This document shows, one piece after another, positions 24,301 through 34,021 of a DNA stretch of 64,000 nucleotides (positions are counted from its first letter, which is position 1; each line of letters opens with the position of its first letter). The stretch covers positions 267,840,001-267,904,000 of the forward strand of contig CM097885.1 in the NCBI GenBank assembly GCA_044892525.1. Reading direction: 5' to 3'. The notes below the pieces were generated by a model. That model was not told the origin of the DNA and searched no databases. It worked only from the letters and a program-made list of their open reading frames with translations. A program made the translations under genes and the position numbers. The stretch comes from Schmidtea polychroa (lineage: Eukaryota).

Positions 24301-25029
24301 ATAGACAATACGACAAAGGCTATTCAAAAGGCAGTGAATCTTTAGCCACCTTGAGGCCTCAGACTGTAAGATCAGAAGCTTTGGCGACTAGCAGCAAACA
24401 GAGAAATCTCCCAGTTATATCCTTAGAATCTGAGGCTTACAGGCCTGGTTCTAGTGTATGTTCCAGTAACACTGGAAGTTCGAATATGGACGAGCTTAGT
24501 CAATTTTTTCGAAATCCTTCTGGAAATCGATTTGCCAGTAGATTACAAGAGCAAGATGAAGATGGTGCGTCAACAGCTAGAGGAGGCAACCGAAGCACCC
24601 TTATTAACAGGTCACACCATCACAACAATAATACCTTATCCGATGATTCCACACAGCCAGAATCGTATTGTGAATCTGGGTCGAGTGGGGATGATTGTGG
24701 AATCAGAATGTTCACTCAAGATCCACCTGGGCAGCAAGGTAGGTTTCTAATTCAATGTGTATGATATATGGGATTGTTCATTCCTTTCAGTGATAGCACC
24801 GCAAACGATCCGCAACATGAATATGAGATGCAATTCATTACCATATGACACAGCTAACAGGCAGCCATTTATCCAGCAATCTAATAATTTTACCCTTCAA
24901 CAGCCAAGGTGACTCCTAGATTATAATATCATTTATCTCATTTTCATCCTTTCATTTAGAAATCCTTTGCACGAAGAAGATGAAGGTGAAGAAGCAAACA
25001 ATTATACTAATAACTTCGTGGTGGTGTAA
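1..25029 (+). CDS. Dscam: Dscam-family Ig/FN3 cell-adhesion receptor, 5'-partial, multi-exon
   Basis: Manual splicing gives phase-consistent GT-AG exons: <1-265, 5587-5831, 6565-6762, 6813-7002, 9188-9393, 10758-10962, 11200-11319, 11368-11544, <13804-13936, 13986-14136, 14189-14476, 14525-14741, 17092-17252, 17300-17611, 17660-17833, 20298-20393, 20438->20683, 21794-22081, 22128-22333, 22382-22499, 22545-22782, 22826-22908, 24091-24738, 24791-24908, 24960-25029. Domain order 6 Ig + 4 FN3 + Ig + 2 FN3 + TM matches DSCAM Ig4 onward. DSCAM-like motifs recognised from memory: WYLDD, RIHQLPNGTLVV, LECGTLY, GCP, PYAT. Continuity across two N gaps (before 13804 and after 20683) cannot be checked, and one frameshift is needed at 17359-17361. 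Confidence 0.9.
830..1743 (+). mobile_element. Degenerate Gypsy integrase remnant in Dscam intron
   Basis: Frameshifted reading DFCRPMKT..YLLVIIDEVSKYI aligns by eye with the integrase at 48673-48912 (GFCGPMKT..YILVIIDQLRKYI). Confidence 0.6.
2050..2250 (-). mobile_element. Possible Penelope-like GIY-YIG remnant
   Basis: Minus strand reads KVYIGQVKK*PQRSDSH, resembling the YIG..R..EH endonuclease motif. Short and heavily decayed. Confidence 0.3.
4088..4143. repeat. 9-bp C-rich tandem repeat (CCCTCCCCA)n
   Basis: About 6 units read directly from the sequence. Confidence 0.9.
5587..7002 (+). CDS. Dscam: Dscam exons, Ig5 and Ig6
   Basis: Exons 5587-5831, 6565-6762, 6813-7002 give IECKF..VAWYLDD..GGEYRAEVTNEYG and LRLKCYV..IEWFR..EDGRLFIIEKV..SGKYMC. 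50-nt intron at 6763-6812. Confidence 0.85.
7325..7495. repeat. A/T-only ~28-bp minisatellite
   Basis: Unit aataattaataattatttaataatattt repeated several times. Confidence 0.8.
9188..10962 (+). CDS. Dscam: Dscam exons, Ig7 (split by a satellite-containing intron)
   Basis: Exons 9188-9393 (NPPIM..LTC..WWEF) and 10758-10962 (..ISCVVQNHAG..IQISID), with matching phases. Confidence 0.75.
9917..10712 (+). repeat. 13-bp TTAGGG-containing satellite, array 1
   Basis: Unit TATATTAGGGTCA, about 60 copies, with occasional TTAGATG variants. Confidence 0.97.
11200..11544 (+). CDS. Dscam: Dscam exons, Ig8
   Basis: LGESFALNCTA..W / RIHQLPNGTLVVRNI..FMC. 48-nt intron at 11320-11367. Confidence 0.85.
11812..12203. 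repeat. ~140-bp inverted repeat of a Penelope-type terminal sequence with degenerate hammerhead cores
   Basis: 11812-11952 is the near-perfect reverse complement of 12061-12201, with a 108-nt spacer. The left arm abuts an N gap. Confidence 0.85.
13804..14741 (+). CDS. Dscam: Dscam exons, Ig9, FN3-1 and first half of FN3-2
   Basis: LNCTVYGDDELNVKW..SGEYKCVASN; ISWNPP..GYLVSW..LRPFKEYDIVIAAQNAVG; KLKWEAP. Three introns of 48-52 nt. Confidence 0.9.
15680..16110 (-). mobile_element. Penelope-like GIY-YIG C-terminal remnant
   Basis: Frameshifted GHHTIWRRNYKL / NEDPRVRRRQISEALIVIKN resembles the H..IDW...KIL..E....R.I.EAI.I tail of PLE endonucleases. Confidence 0.5.
16438..16800. repeat. 11-bp repeat (ACCATAACCGG/ACCATAACCTG) with 153-bp higher-order duplication
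   Basis: Block gtaccttaaccggaccataaccggccctttaccgaacc occurs at 16471 and again at 16624. Confidence 0.9.
17092..17833 (+). CDS. Dscam: Dscam exons, end of FN3-2, FN3-3, start of FN3-4
   Basis: LLTFTKYAFRV..NNVG; PEGSPTDV..WNVP..GVVSGYEVTY..LSANSKYIIQI; VSWTPP. Requires removal of one G at 17359-17361. Confidence 0.8.
18328..19910 (+). repeat. 13-bp TTAGGG-containing satellite, array 2
   Basis: Same unit as array 1, about 120 copies, with more variants (TCAGGG, TCATGG, TTAGAG, TTAGAT). Confidence 0.97.
20298..20683 (+). CDS. Dscam: Dscam exons, end of FN3-4 and Ig10
   Basis: VSAVTTMEGPS; ILSFSQSIVV..LDCEV..YQW..NGSLFI..DQGIYKC. The exon runs into an N gap. Confidence 0.85.
20850..21182 (+). 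mobile_element. Penelope-like element, GIY-YIG endonuclease 3' fragment
   Basis: NIVYCITCNVCNEIYIGSTLRTLHQRVKEH..RFKEAILI..QPKIN, the PLE GIY-YIG domain with its CxxC/H motif. The 5' side is lost in a gap. Confidence 0.85.
21794..22908 (+). CDS. Dscam: Dscam exons, FN3-5, FN3-6, transmembrane helix, juxtamembrane tail
   Basis: LECGTLYNVYLYAKNIAG; GRGCPANKY..LHPNTDYIYTIEASN; TM YIFVVVGISVIMLVVIVVVLALYC followed by TRKS. Four introns of 43-48 nt. NAGNAG acceptor (tagcag) at 22542-22547. Confidence 0.9.
23100..23600 (-). mobile_element. Penelope-like remnant (GIY-YIG start plus partial hammerhead)
   Basis: Minus strand reads DLGYECHVCNATYIGM. Downstream on the same strand is CTGACGA-T-GACAG (plus 23101-23118), the 5' half of the motif at 62011. 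Confidence 0.5.
24091..25029 (+). CDS. Dscam: Dscam exons, cytoplasmic tail
   Basis: Exons 24091-24738 (EMLTPYATYESIP..), 24791-24908 and 24960-25029, ending RNPLHEEDEGEEANNYTNNFVVV* (TAA 25027-25029). Confidence 0.8.
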
Positions 25030-25229
25030 ATTACAACCGGACTAGTCATATTTAATATTTTTTTAATAGAATACATTTTTGTTTCTATTTTACTTGACTT
25101 TTCTATTTTCCTCCTCGACTTTGTTATTGTTTTATATTTGCTGGCATTGAATTTGATCAGCATTTCATTTGGCCGGCCGCCTTCATAAAGGCGTTTGATA
25201 AAGGCGCTGCCGAAAGGTTGTATTGGAAT

Positions 25230-25385
25230 ATTGATGAAATATTGATAAGATATTGATGGTATTGATGGTATTGATGATATTGATGAAATATTAATGATAT
25301 TGATGGTATTGATGGTATTGATGAAATATTGATGATATTGATGATGGTGATAAAATATTGATAAGATATTGATAAAGTTAGATAT
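25230..25385. repeat. Low-complexity (GATATTGAT/GGTATTGAT)n tract
   Basis: Read directly, just downstream of the Dscam stop codon. Confidence 0.8.
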
Positions 25386-25455
25386 CTGAATTTGGTTAAA
25401 TAAGTGAGTTGGCACGTTTTTGTGGAAAATTTAAAACTTGTATAATAATAAATTT

Positions 25456-28400
25456 ATGTCATTTTTGAAGATTCTTAGAACCGAGTTGGATTTAACTGGC
25501 GACCACGCCGAAAATCAGAACATCAATGCAATTTCGAAATCTACAAAATCACTAATGGAATACCTAACGAAATTATGCCTAGACATGCTCACACATAACA
25601 TCAGACGATATGATGGACGAGGTTTAAAAGAAGCCAAAGAATGGATCAGGGATATGGAAGTATGGCTGCTGTCACTTTCGATGTGTTATTAGTGACAGAA
25701 GCAAAGACATTGTGGGGAAACGTCAGAGAAACAGAAACAACAGATATGAAAGCCAATGCGTGGTTCTTGCAATCGTTCACAATTACAAAATCAATAACTG
25801 ACAAAATCACAGAATTGGCAGCTATGGAACAGGAAGATGATGAAAGGTTTGCAGTTTTTGAGATACGACTAAGGAAAGTTGTAAATTCAGGACGAACAGA
25901 AGAAGATATTGTTCAAGACCTCATCGCAAATAAAGCACGCGATGCGAGACTGAAGGAGATACTACTGACGAAACCAGAGCCAAAAATCGAAGAAACGAGA
26001 TCATTGGCGAAAACTTTTGAAAGTAACAAAAATGGAAACAATAATACGGAATTTATTAAAGCAATCGGTCAAGGAAGATACATTAGCGTGACTGAGGGAG
26101 GGCAGATGAGAAATCAAAAGAATACCCAAGATACCATACCTACATCACCACAAAGAAGACTATCAGAAGAGTGATTTAGTCACCAAAGATCAAGAAGAGA
26201 CAAACATCCTATACACGGACCAATACAATACGAAGGAAATAACCATTGTCGTCAATAACAATCTCCAAGAGAACAATTTTTTAGAAATGCGAGAATCCTG
26301 AATAGCTCAGAAAGGAAGCTGCCAACAATATCCATGAAGAATATAGCAAGGAGGCTGTACAATGAAAGTAGAGGACTACCACAAGCATTGATCCCAAAAA
26401 TAACTGTAGTTGATTGTTTTTGCTGTGGCGAAAGGGGACACAGAAGGTATTAGTGTCCACTGGGAAATGTCTGATAGGTGGCAAGGGAATACACATGGGT
26501 TTCGAGATTATTTTTCGTTACGGAAAGAGGTTCCACACCGATATCAAAGAATAGCGTGCATATAAGAAGAAGATTCAAAATCTGAAAGAAGAGACTGCTC
26601 ACAGCGACATGGAAGATAAATGTCCCTGAGAAATATACCGTATTGAGAGAAGACGAATAAAACATCATCGACTCGATGAGTTTCATTTTGTCGGCGGAGT
26701 CAACAGTAAATTGTGAAAGAAGAAATTAACGGCAAAAAGATGAGGCAGACGAAGAGATGTACCAGACGGAAGATGGAAGAAATTGGAGTAAAATAATGTT
26801 GAATAATGCCGAAGCAGAGATGTTATGGGACTCTGGAGCATCAGTAACAGGCATGAGCAAGATTTTGTGGGAGAAAATAGGCAAACCAGAACTTCAAGGT
26901 AGTATGATATTATTATGCGGAGTCTTTTCAACTGGAGGTGAAGAAGCAATGGGATACATGACTATACCGGCTACATGGAATCAGAAGACCAAACTAATCA
27001 CAGCAGTACTGGTAAAAGAGATCAAACCCGAATTCATAGGGGGCATTGATACAATGAAAGAGTTTGGAATAAAGTTAGTGAAAATCAATAATATAGAAAC
27101 GTCATTGATAAACAAAATCTACACTGATGAAGAAAGAATAAATAAAGCACTGGTGGAGATGGCAGGTGAGAATAGTAAAGATATTGAAGGAATGATCAGG
27201 GAATATGGCGGAATTTTTATGGCATCGAAATTTGATCTGGGATTTTCAAACTTAGTTCGAAATGAAATGCGGATAACAGGAGGCCCAATGATACAACATC
27301 CTCAACGTCAACCAATGCACATGGAGAAAAGGATTGATGAGCTGATAAAAGAGTTAATGAAAGCAAATGTTATTCGGTGTTGCAAGAGTCCTTGGAATGC
27401 CCCGTTAGTGATTGTAGGGAAGAAAAATGGATCCATCAGAAAGTGTGTAGATTATTGAATTCCATAACAGTAAAGGAGTCTGTCTCGGGAATGCAAAAAT
27501 ATTTTCGTCAATCAATTTAGGTCAGGCGTATTATCAAGTGGAGTTGGCTCCAGAAATTCAAAAAATGACTGCATTCAGTACAAGAGAAGGACAATTTTGC
27601 TTCAATAGACTACCGTTTGGCTTAGCAACAGCCCCTGCGACATTCCAGAGACTGATGCACACAGTGCTAGAAGGAATGCTATTCAAGGGAGTAGTAGTTT
27701 ATCTAGATGATATCTTGATATATGGTAAAAGTCAAAAAGACCACGATGAAGAATTCAAATGGCAGGACTGAAGATAAACCCAGAAATATGCAAATTCAAT
27801 AAAACAGAATTGTTTCCTTGGTTACATAGTTAATGAGAAGGGTATCCAGACAAACAGGAAAAAAGTGGAAGAGATCGAGAAAGCAGAAGGACCAAAATGT
27901 TCAAAACAATTGAGATTTTTTCTCGTATTAACGAACTGCTATACAAGATTCATCAAAGACAATGCCAAAATCGCCGAACCATTATACCCTGCAATATCTG
28001 GATGCGATAAAGATATAAATTGGACCAAAGAATGCAACGAGAGCTTCCAAACTCTGAAGAGACGGTTGTGCGAAGCACCTATCCTTGATTTTCCAAGAGA
28101 AGATAGGACTTTTATCCTAGACACAGACGCTAGTTTCGGAGCCATTGGTGCAGTTTTGAGTCAAATTACAGAAGATGGAGAAGAATCGGTCATAGCTTAT
28201 GGCTCAAGACATATGTTATCACCTGAAAAGGGATACTGTCTAACCAGGAAGGAGCTGCTCGCCGTACATGAATACGTCATGCATTTTAGAGAATATCTGT
28301 ACGGAAAAAAAATTCATAATTCGCACCGAACACAAAGTATTAGTTTTCATGAACACTTCAAAAACGCCAATCAGTCCGCAGTTCCAAACGTGGTTAGCTA

Positions 28401-28540
28401 ACCTGTCGGAATATGATTTTGAACTAAAATATCGGAAAGGTGAAGAACACACGAATGCAGATGGACTATCAAGATTAAAAAGTATGATTTGCACCCAGTG
28501 TCAAACAAGACATGAAGAAGCTAAGGAAGAAAAATCAAAG
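25456..28540 (+). mobile_element. Ty3/Gypsy LTR retrotransposon, defective gag-PR-RT-RNase H, no integrase
   Basis: Gag with CFCCGERGH knuckle; protease MLWDSGAS; RT SPWNAP, LPFGLATAPATFQ, YLDDILI; RNase H LDTDAS..ELLAV..ADGLSR. Many stops and frameshifts. Ends at a (TA)n tract. Confidence 0.92.

Positions 28541-28542
<2 letters not shown>

Positions 28543-28612
<70 letters not shown>
28543..28612. repeat. (TA)n microsatellite
   Basis: About 35 TA units. Confidence 0.98.
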
Positions 28613-28615
<3 letters not shown>

Positions 28616-30097
28616 GTGTAATGTACAGTTATACTTTTATTTATTTTTAAACAAGGTTTTGCGACGCCTTGTTATTTTATTGAGGGTAGGCCGCAATGGC
28701 AAATGAATAAAAAATACTATATAGCGATAATTTACTATGGTAAATTATCGCTATACAAATATCGACAAAAAGAAAAAAATCAATAACACCATGAAAAAAT
28801 ACAACTGAAATAAACCAAAAAAATAACGATAGAAACAGCTTTAAAATAAAATCGACAAGACTAAAAAAGAATAAAAGACGAAGATCCTAATAAATAGCAG
28901 AAATAAAAGAAAGCAAAAGATATCCGAAAACAAAATATTCTTCGAATTTGCCTATATCCGAAACTAAAGAAAATCAAAATATCCTTCGGACCAATCTATA
29001 TTCAGAATCCCTTCGGATTAATTTATATCCGAAACCAAAATATCCTTCGGACCAATCTATATTCAAATCTAAAATAAACTAAAATACCCTGAGAACTAAA
29101 TTATACGCGAGACTAAAAGAAACCTAAATATCCTGAGAATAGAATTATATTCGAAACGAAGTCCACATAAGTGCGTATTATTTTATTTATTTTACTAATA
29201 AAAGTTGTTATTGTTTGGTATCCGTTATTGTTAATTTATTATTGTATTTTTATACATTCCTACATACATTCACCCCAGCTGTCCCGAGACAGTTTATTTA
29301 CTGGAGACTCGGCTGGGTACTACCATATTTCTTACAGCATTCTCGAACATAAGTACAAGCATAAAACATATAATATAAGACAAATATAATTCTGATAGAG
29401 TAAACAATTATTTTGATATCTACAATAAGCCATTTTTGGATGGATAGAGTTACAAATTTTGAGACATGAAATAATCCATTTTGATATATAGTATAAAATA
29501 ATTATTAGCACAAAACACCCAATTTGATAAATAACCCAAATTATCCATTTTTATAGACGGCCTAACACATTCAGTTACAATTGTCTGGACATACAGAAAC
29601 GTTATAAACTTACCACACGAATCAGCAAAAACACAAAAAATTAATGCGTTTAATTAAATATCAGCTTCCGACGCTGATATTGTAAAATATGTAAAAAGCA
29701 ATAAGTTAAGTTAAATAATAATGTAAAACCAAGTAAAACAAATTAAACATAATAAAAAATAGAGTAAATAAGAACAAAACTAATTAAAATCGAGAAACCA
29801 CAAGCAGTTACATAGGCTAGACATCATGGAAAAAACGAAATAATGATCGCGAAAAAAGACATAAAAATGCAGAAAATACCCAAAGAGGAGGGTATACAAA
29901 GCGATGAGTAAAAGTAATTAGGATCGAAAAAGAATAAATTAATTTAAATTGAAAGAGAATAAATAAAAAAGAAAAACAGAATTAAACCAATCAAAATGAT
30001 TGCAAGTGAAATCTAAAATAAGACTGAAAAACTAATAATTTAGCACACTTACTCGATCCTGATTGGTTAAAAATTTACCCAAAACACTCCCTGTCAG

Positions 30098-32939
30098 CAG
30101 GGCCGTGCCTGACCGGCGTTCATTACGTGCGCCGCACGCATGCGGCCAAATTAAAAGGCGGCCTGACGACCAGAAAAACAAAAAAAAATTAAAAAGCAAA
30201 ATAACAATGTTAATATATAGTCATAGTCATATATAATCGAAGTAAATTGTCAAATAGTTGAGTGTTGTTGTCAATTCGTCAATTGTTATCATTATCATTG
30301 CGCTCTATGGCGTACTAAATTTTTTTTAGCTGCGCCTATCACAGAATATTATTCTGTGCGCTTATTGGCGAGCGCATGCTGGCGCAGTGGCCGCATAGAA
30401 CTCCGTGATGTAAGAATAAAGAGAGATGAACACTCTTTTTAACCCACGATGAACAGAGTACATCTCTCTTTATTCTAACTGATTTTAACCTTACTGAGTT
30501 CTACGGGTTCTACACGCCAGCATGAGCTCACATGCGCTCGGCATAGACCATATCAGAATCAAGTGAAAAGTGCAAATTCATCTTTCACGTGCGTTCAGTT
30601 GCTCTACCTGGCTCTAGGTAAGTTGGGAGCGTGTGTGTGTGTGTTATAATATGTGATTTACCTGTCTGTCTATAACACGGCAAGCGTCTCAGCTGCGTGG
30701 CAATAAAACCTTATTCAAACTCGGAAAGCGCTTGGGCAGATTCCCTCACCGCCTCACCCAGCGCTTTGTTACAAAAGGTTGAAAAAGGTAATGAATTTAA
30801 TTCTATATTAAATTAATTTCAATATAAATCCTTACTGATATTTTTAAACATTTTAGTAAAAGGCCTAAGAATGACTGGAAAAAAAACGAAAAGATTGTCT
30901 GGAGCACAGTATAAAAGAAAGCGAGAAGAAAAACAACATGTTGCTAAAAAAATCTTTGGTTCACTAACCAAATATTTGGAAAAACCTCCAGAAATGCAAA
31001 ATGCTTGCAGTAGCCAAGCAAATCCAAGCAGTGAATTTTTTTCCAATGAAAATGAATTATCTGCCGAAAATACAAATGATAATGACAATATTAGTAGTAA
31101 TGATGAAATAGGAGATATTGCAGTTACAAATATCGACGATATCACTGAAATTGATGAAGAATATTTTGCTATGTGTATAGAACTAAACGATCCAGCTTGC
31201 TGGCCTTTAACACTTACCAATAAAATGCTGGATATTTTAATTGAAAAATGCCCTTTTCAAAATATACAATCTACATATTCACTAAATGAATTTGGAAGAT
31301 CATTTTCAAAGGTTTATTTCTATAGAAAACTGCCAAATGGTGAAAAATTTAATCATGAGTGGTTAATCTATTCTCCAAAAAATGATGGCACATTTTGCTT
31401 CTGTTGTAAATTATTTGGCAAACAAGAAATAAAATTGGTTAATGAAGGCTTCAACGATTGGCAACACATATCTGACAACTTATCTCGTCACGAAAAAACA
31501 TCACTGCACATCGAAAATTGCATCTGTTGGAAAAAATTAGAATTAAATTTAAAAAGAAAAACTACAATTGATAAGAATATGCAACGGTATTATGACGCCG
31601 AGAAAAAACGATGGTGTCAAATTGTCAGGCGCATGATATCTGTGATACAATTTCTAGCAGGACAGTGTTTAGCTTTTAGAGGTTCTTCCAGCAAATTGTA
31701 CGAAAAAAATAATGGAAATTTTCTGAAAGTATTTGAAATGATAGGAAAATTTGATGATATAATGGCAGACCACATAAAACGCGTACAAGAACCAATCGCT
31801 TTAAAGAACCACATGCCACATTACCTGGGAAATCGCTTTCAAAATGAAATAATCACTATCCTTGCAACCCAAATTCAAAACATCAATAAAAGAGGCAAAA
31901 TATTTTTCAGTCATTTTTGACTGTACGCCGGACACTGGACATGTCGAGTAAATTACAATGATTATTAGGTATGTACATATTAAAATTATGAAGTTGAAGT
32001 AAGAGAAAATTTCATGGGCTTTTATCAAGCTGAAAAATGTACTGGAGAATTTTTTTACGACTTCTTTGAACTTTGTAAAGCACTTGAATCAGAACCGGAT
32101 TTTCCTGCTGAAATTAGTGTACGTCGCCGACATCACCGAAAACAATTTAGCTATGAAGGAGATGAAGATATTCAATTTACTCTAAAAGAACATTTTCAAA
32201 TTAATTTTTTCTATGTAATACTAGATACAGCTATTTCATCTTTTACCACCCGTTTTGAAACTTTGTCAAATTTCGAACAATGTTTTGGATTTCTATACAT
32301 ATTTATTGATTTGGGACATGAGGAAATAAAAAAAAGTTGTTTCGATCTCCATAATAAATTTAAAGATGGTGAATCTTGTGATATCAGTGACGTAGAATTA
32401 TATCAAGAAATAATTTCTCTAAAAATTATCATAAAAGACAGAAAGCAGCCCGAAGAACTCATAAAGTTTTTATACAAATACAACTTGGAGACTTCTTTTT
32501 CAAATGTCGCCACAAGTTTAAAACTTTTACTGACAGTTCCAGTATCTGTTGCATCTGGAGAGCGAAGTTTTTCAAAATTAATAATAATCAAAAACTACCT
32601 GAGAACTTCAATGACTCAAGAACGTCTCAGTAATATATAAATTATTGAAATTGAAAGTGAAATTGCTGATTACTTAAATATTGAAGGGGCGATTGAAGAA
32701 TTTGCCTCTAAAAATCGCGTAGAGTAAATTTTTTTTTTAAATATCATAGATTTATAGATGTGCCAAAACATAATAATGTTTTATATTCAATGGTAATATG
32801 TACATGTACATTAGATATATAAGTATAATAATAAACATTAAGAATGAAAATTTGATTTTTTTCTTTGATTTTGATGTTATCTCAAAGGGCGGCGATGCAT
32901 ACTAGCACGCAGGCGGCCATATACCCAAGCACGGCTCTG
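30098..32939 (+). mobile_element. hAT DNA transposon (ZMYM1/TTF-zinc-finger type), internally deleted
   Basis: TIRs CAGGGCCGTGC / GCACGGCTCTG and perfect 8-bp TSD CCTGTCAG (30090-30097, 32940-32947). Transposase 30871-~32730 with FCFCCKLF, DCTPD and SGERSFSKL motifs, a frameshift, a stop, and a missing central segment. Confidence 0.95.
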
Positions 32940-33164
32940 CCTGTCAGTGAACACTTCACTGCTATTTTTGAAAATAATTTATGTGTATTATTATTAATTC
33001 AAATCGGACTGCTATTCTTCAAAATCATTTAGATCCATTGCAATTACTGACCGTTATTGATTCAAGAAATCACTCAACCATTAAGATCATTCTTTGGGAC
33101 GATTTTTAAGTTATTTACAGCATCAAGAAGCAATAGTAATTTGGTTCTAGGTCTATTAGTTGCA

Positions 33165-33655
33165 GAAAAGTTCGGCACGGACATCTCGACGCAGGACAAT
33201 TCGGGGAAAAATATGGGAGCAGGACAATTAAAATATATTAATTGTATTTAGAATGTTGAATACTTAATTAAGCCACCATACACATTACTTAATAATACAA
33301 ATAAAATATAATGTTATTATATGAAAAAAGTTAATTTAACAGAAATAAATACAATATTTATTTATTAATTCATTAAATTAATGCTGTGGCTGCATCACCG
33401 CAAGTAATCGATTGATGTGCGATTCTCATGATCCAGTACAACAGTGCGCAATCGACGATACAGATCTCGATATTTCCTTTTCCTCAGAGGAGGAACTTCA
33501 CCTGCAAGCATACACTCAACGTTCATTTGGTTGATGTTCTGTTCTTTCTGAAGCTTTACTACTAACCTCGGCAGAGTTGGATGTAAAATTTGAAATGTCC
33601 GTCCAAATGCATTGTGCCATTCTTCAACTGCGTTGTTAGTACGAGGAAAATTAAA
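33165..33655 (-). mobile_element. MULE/Mutator transposase C-terminal remnant
   Basis: Minus strand (33370-33650) reads FPRTNNAVEEWHNAF..LHPTL..LQKEQ, the RTNNxxEGWH motif of animal MULEs. GGACA..TCG repeated terminal-type motifs at 33175-33230. Confidence 0.65.
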
Positions 33656-34021
33656 ATAAAAAACATTAAATTAAAAAGAAATTAATATTTTCATAGAATT
33701 ACAGAAAGTGACAAAATTCGACTTAAATTTAAAAAACTATTTTATTCATGATTTACTATTTGTATTAAAAAAATAAATGTCTTCGGTGATTACTTTATTT
33801 ATTTATTGTTAAAAATATATCTAACTTACATTTTATCGAAATAATTCTAAATAAATTCATAAAATGTCATAAAATTCCTAAAAAAACACCTGAAATTAAA
33901 TTATCAATATTTTATATTATAAATGCTGGCTAAAAGTAATATTTAAGAACTTCAACCTTATAAATCTTATAACTGATTAAATAGAACCCTAATATGTTTT
34001 AATTTATATCATCCTAATTTA

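Noticed and set aside
25002-25415. 137-aa minus-strand ORF
   Set aside because: Low-complexity repeat translation, antisense to the Dscam 3' end.
28617-29336. Solo LTR (TGTAAT...CTTACA)
   Set aside because: No matching TSD and no second copy in the window. It is left as an open question under the palindrome finding.
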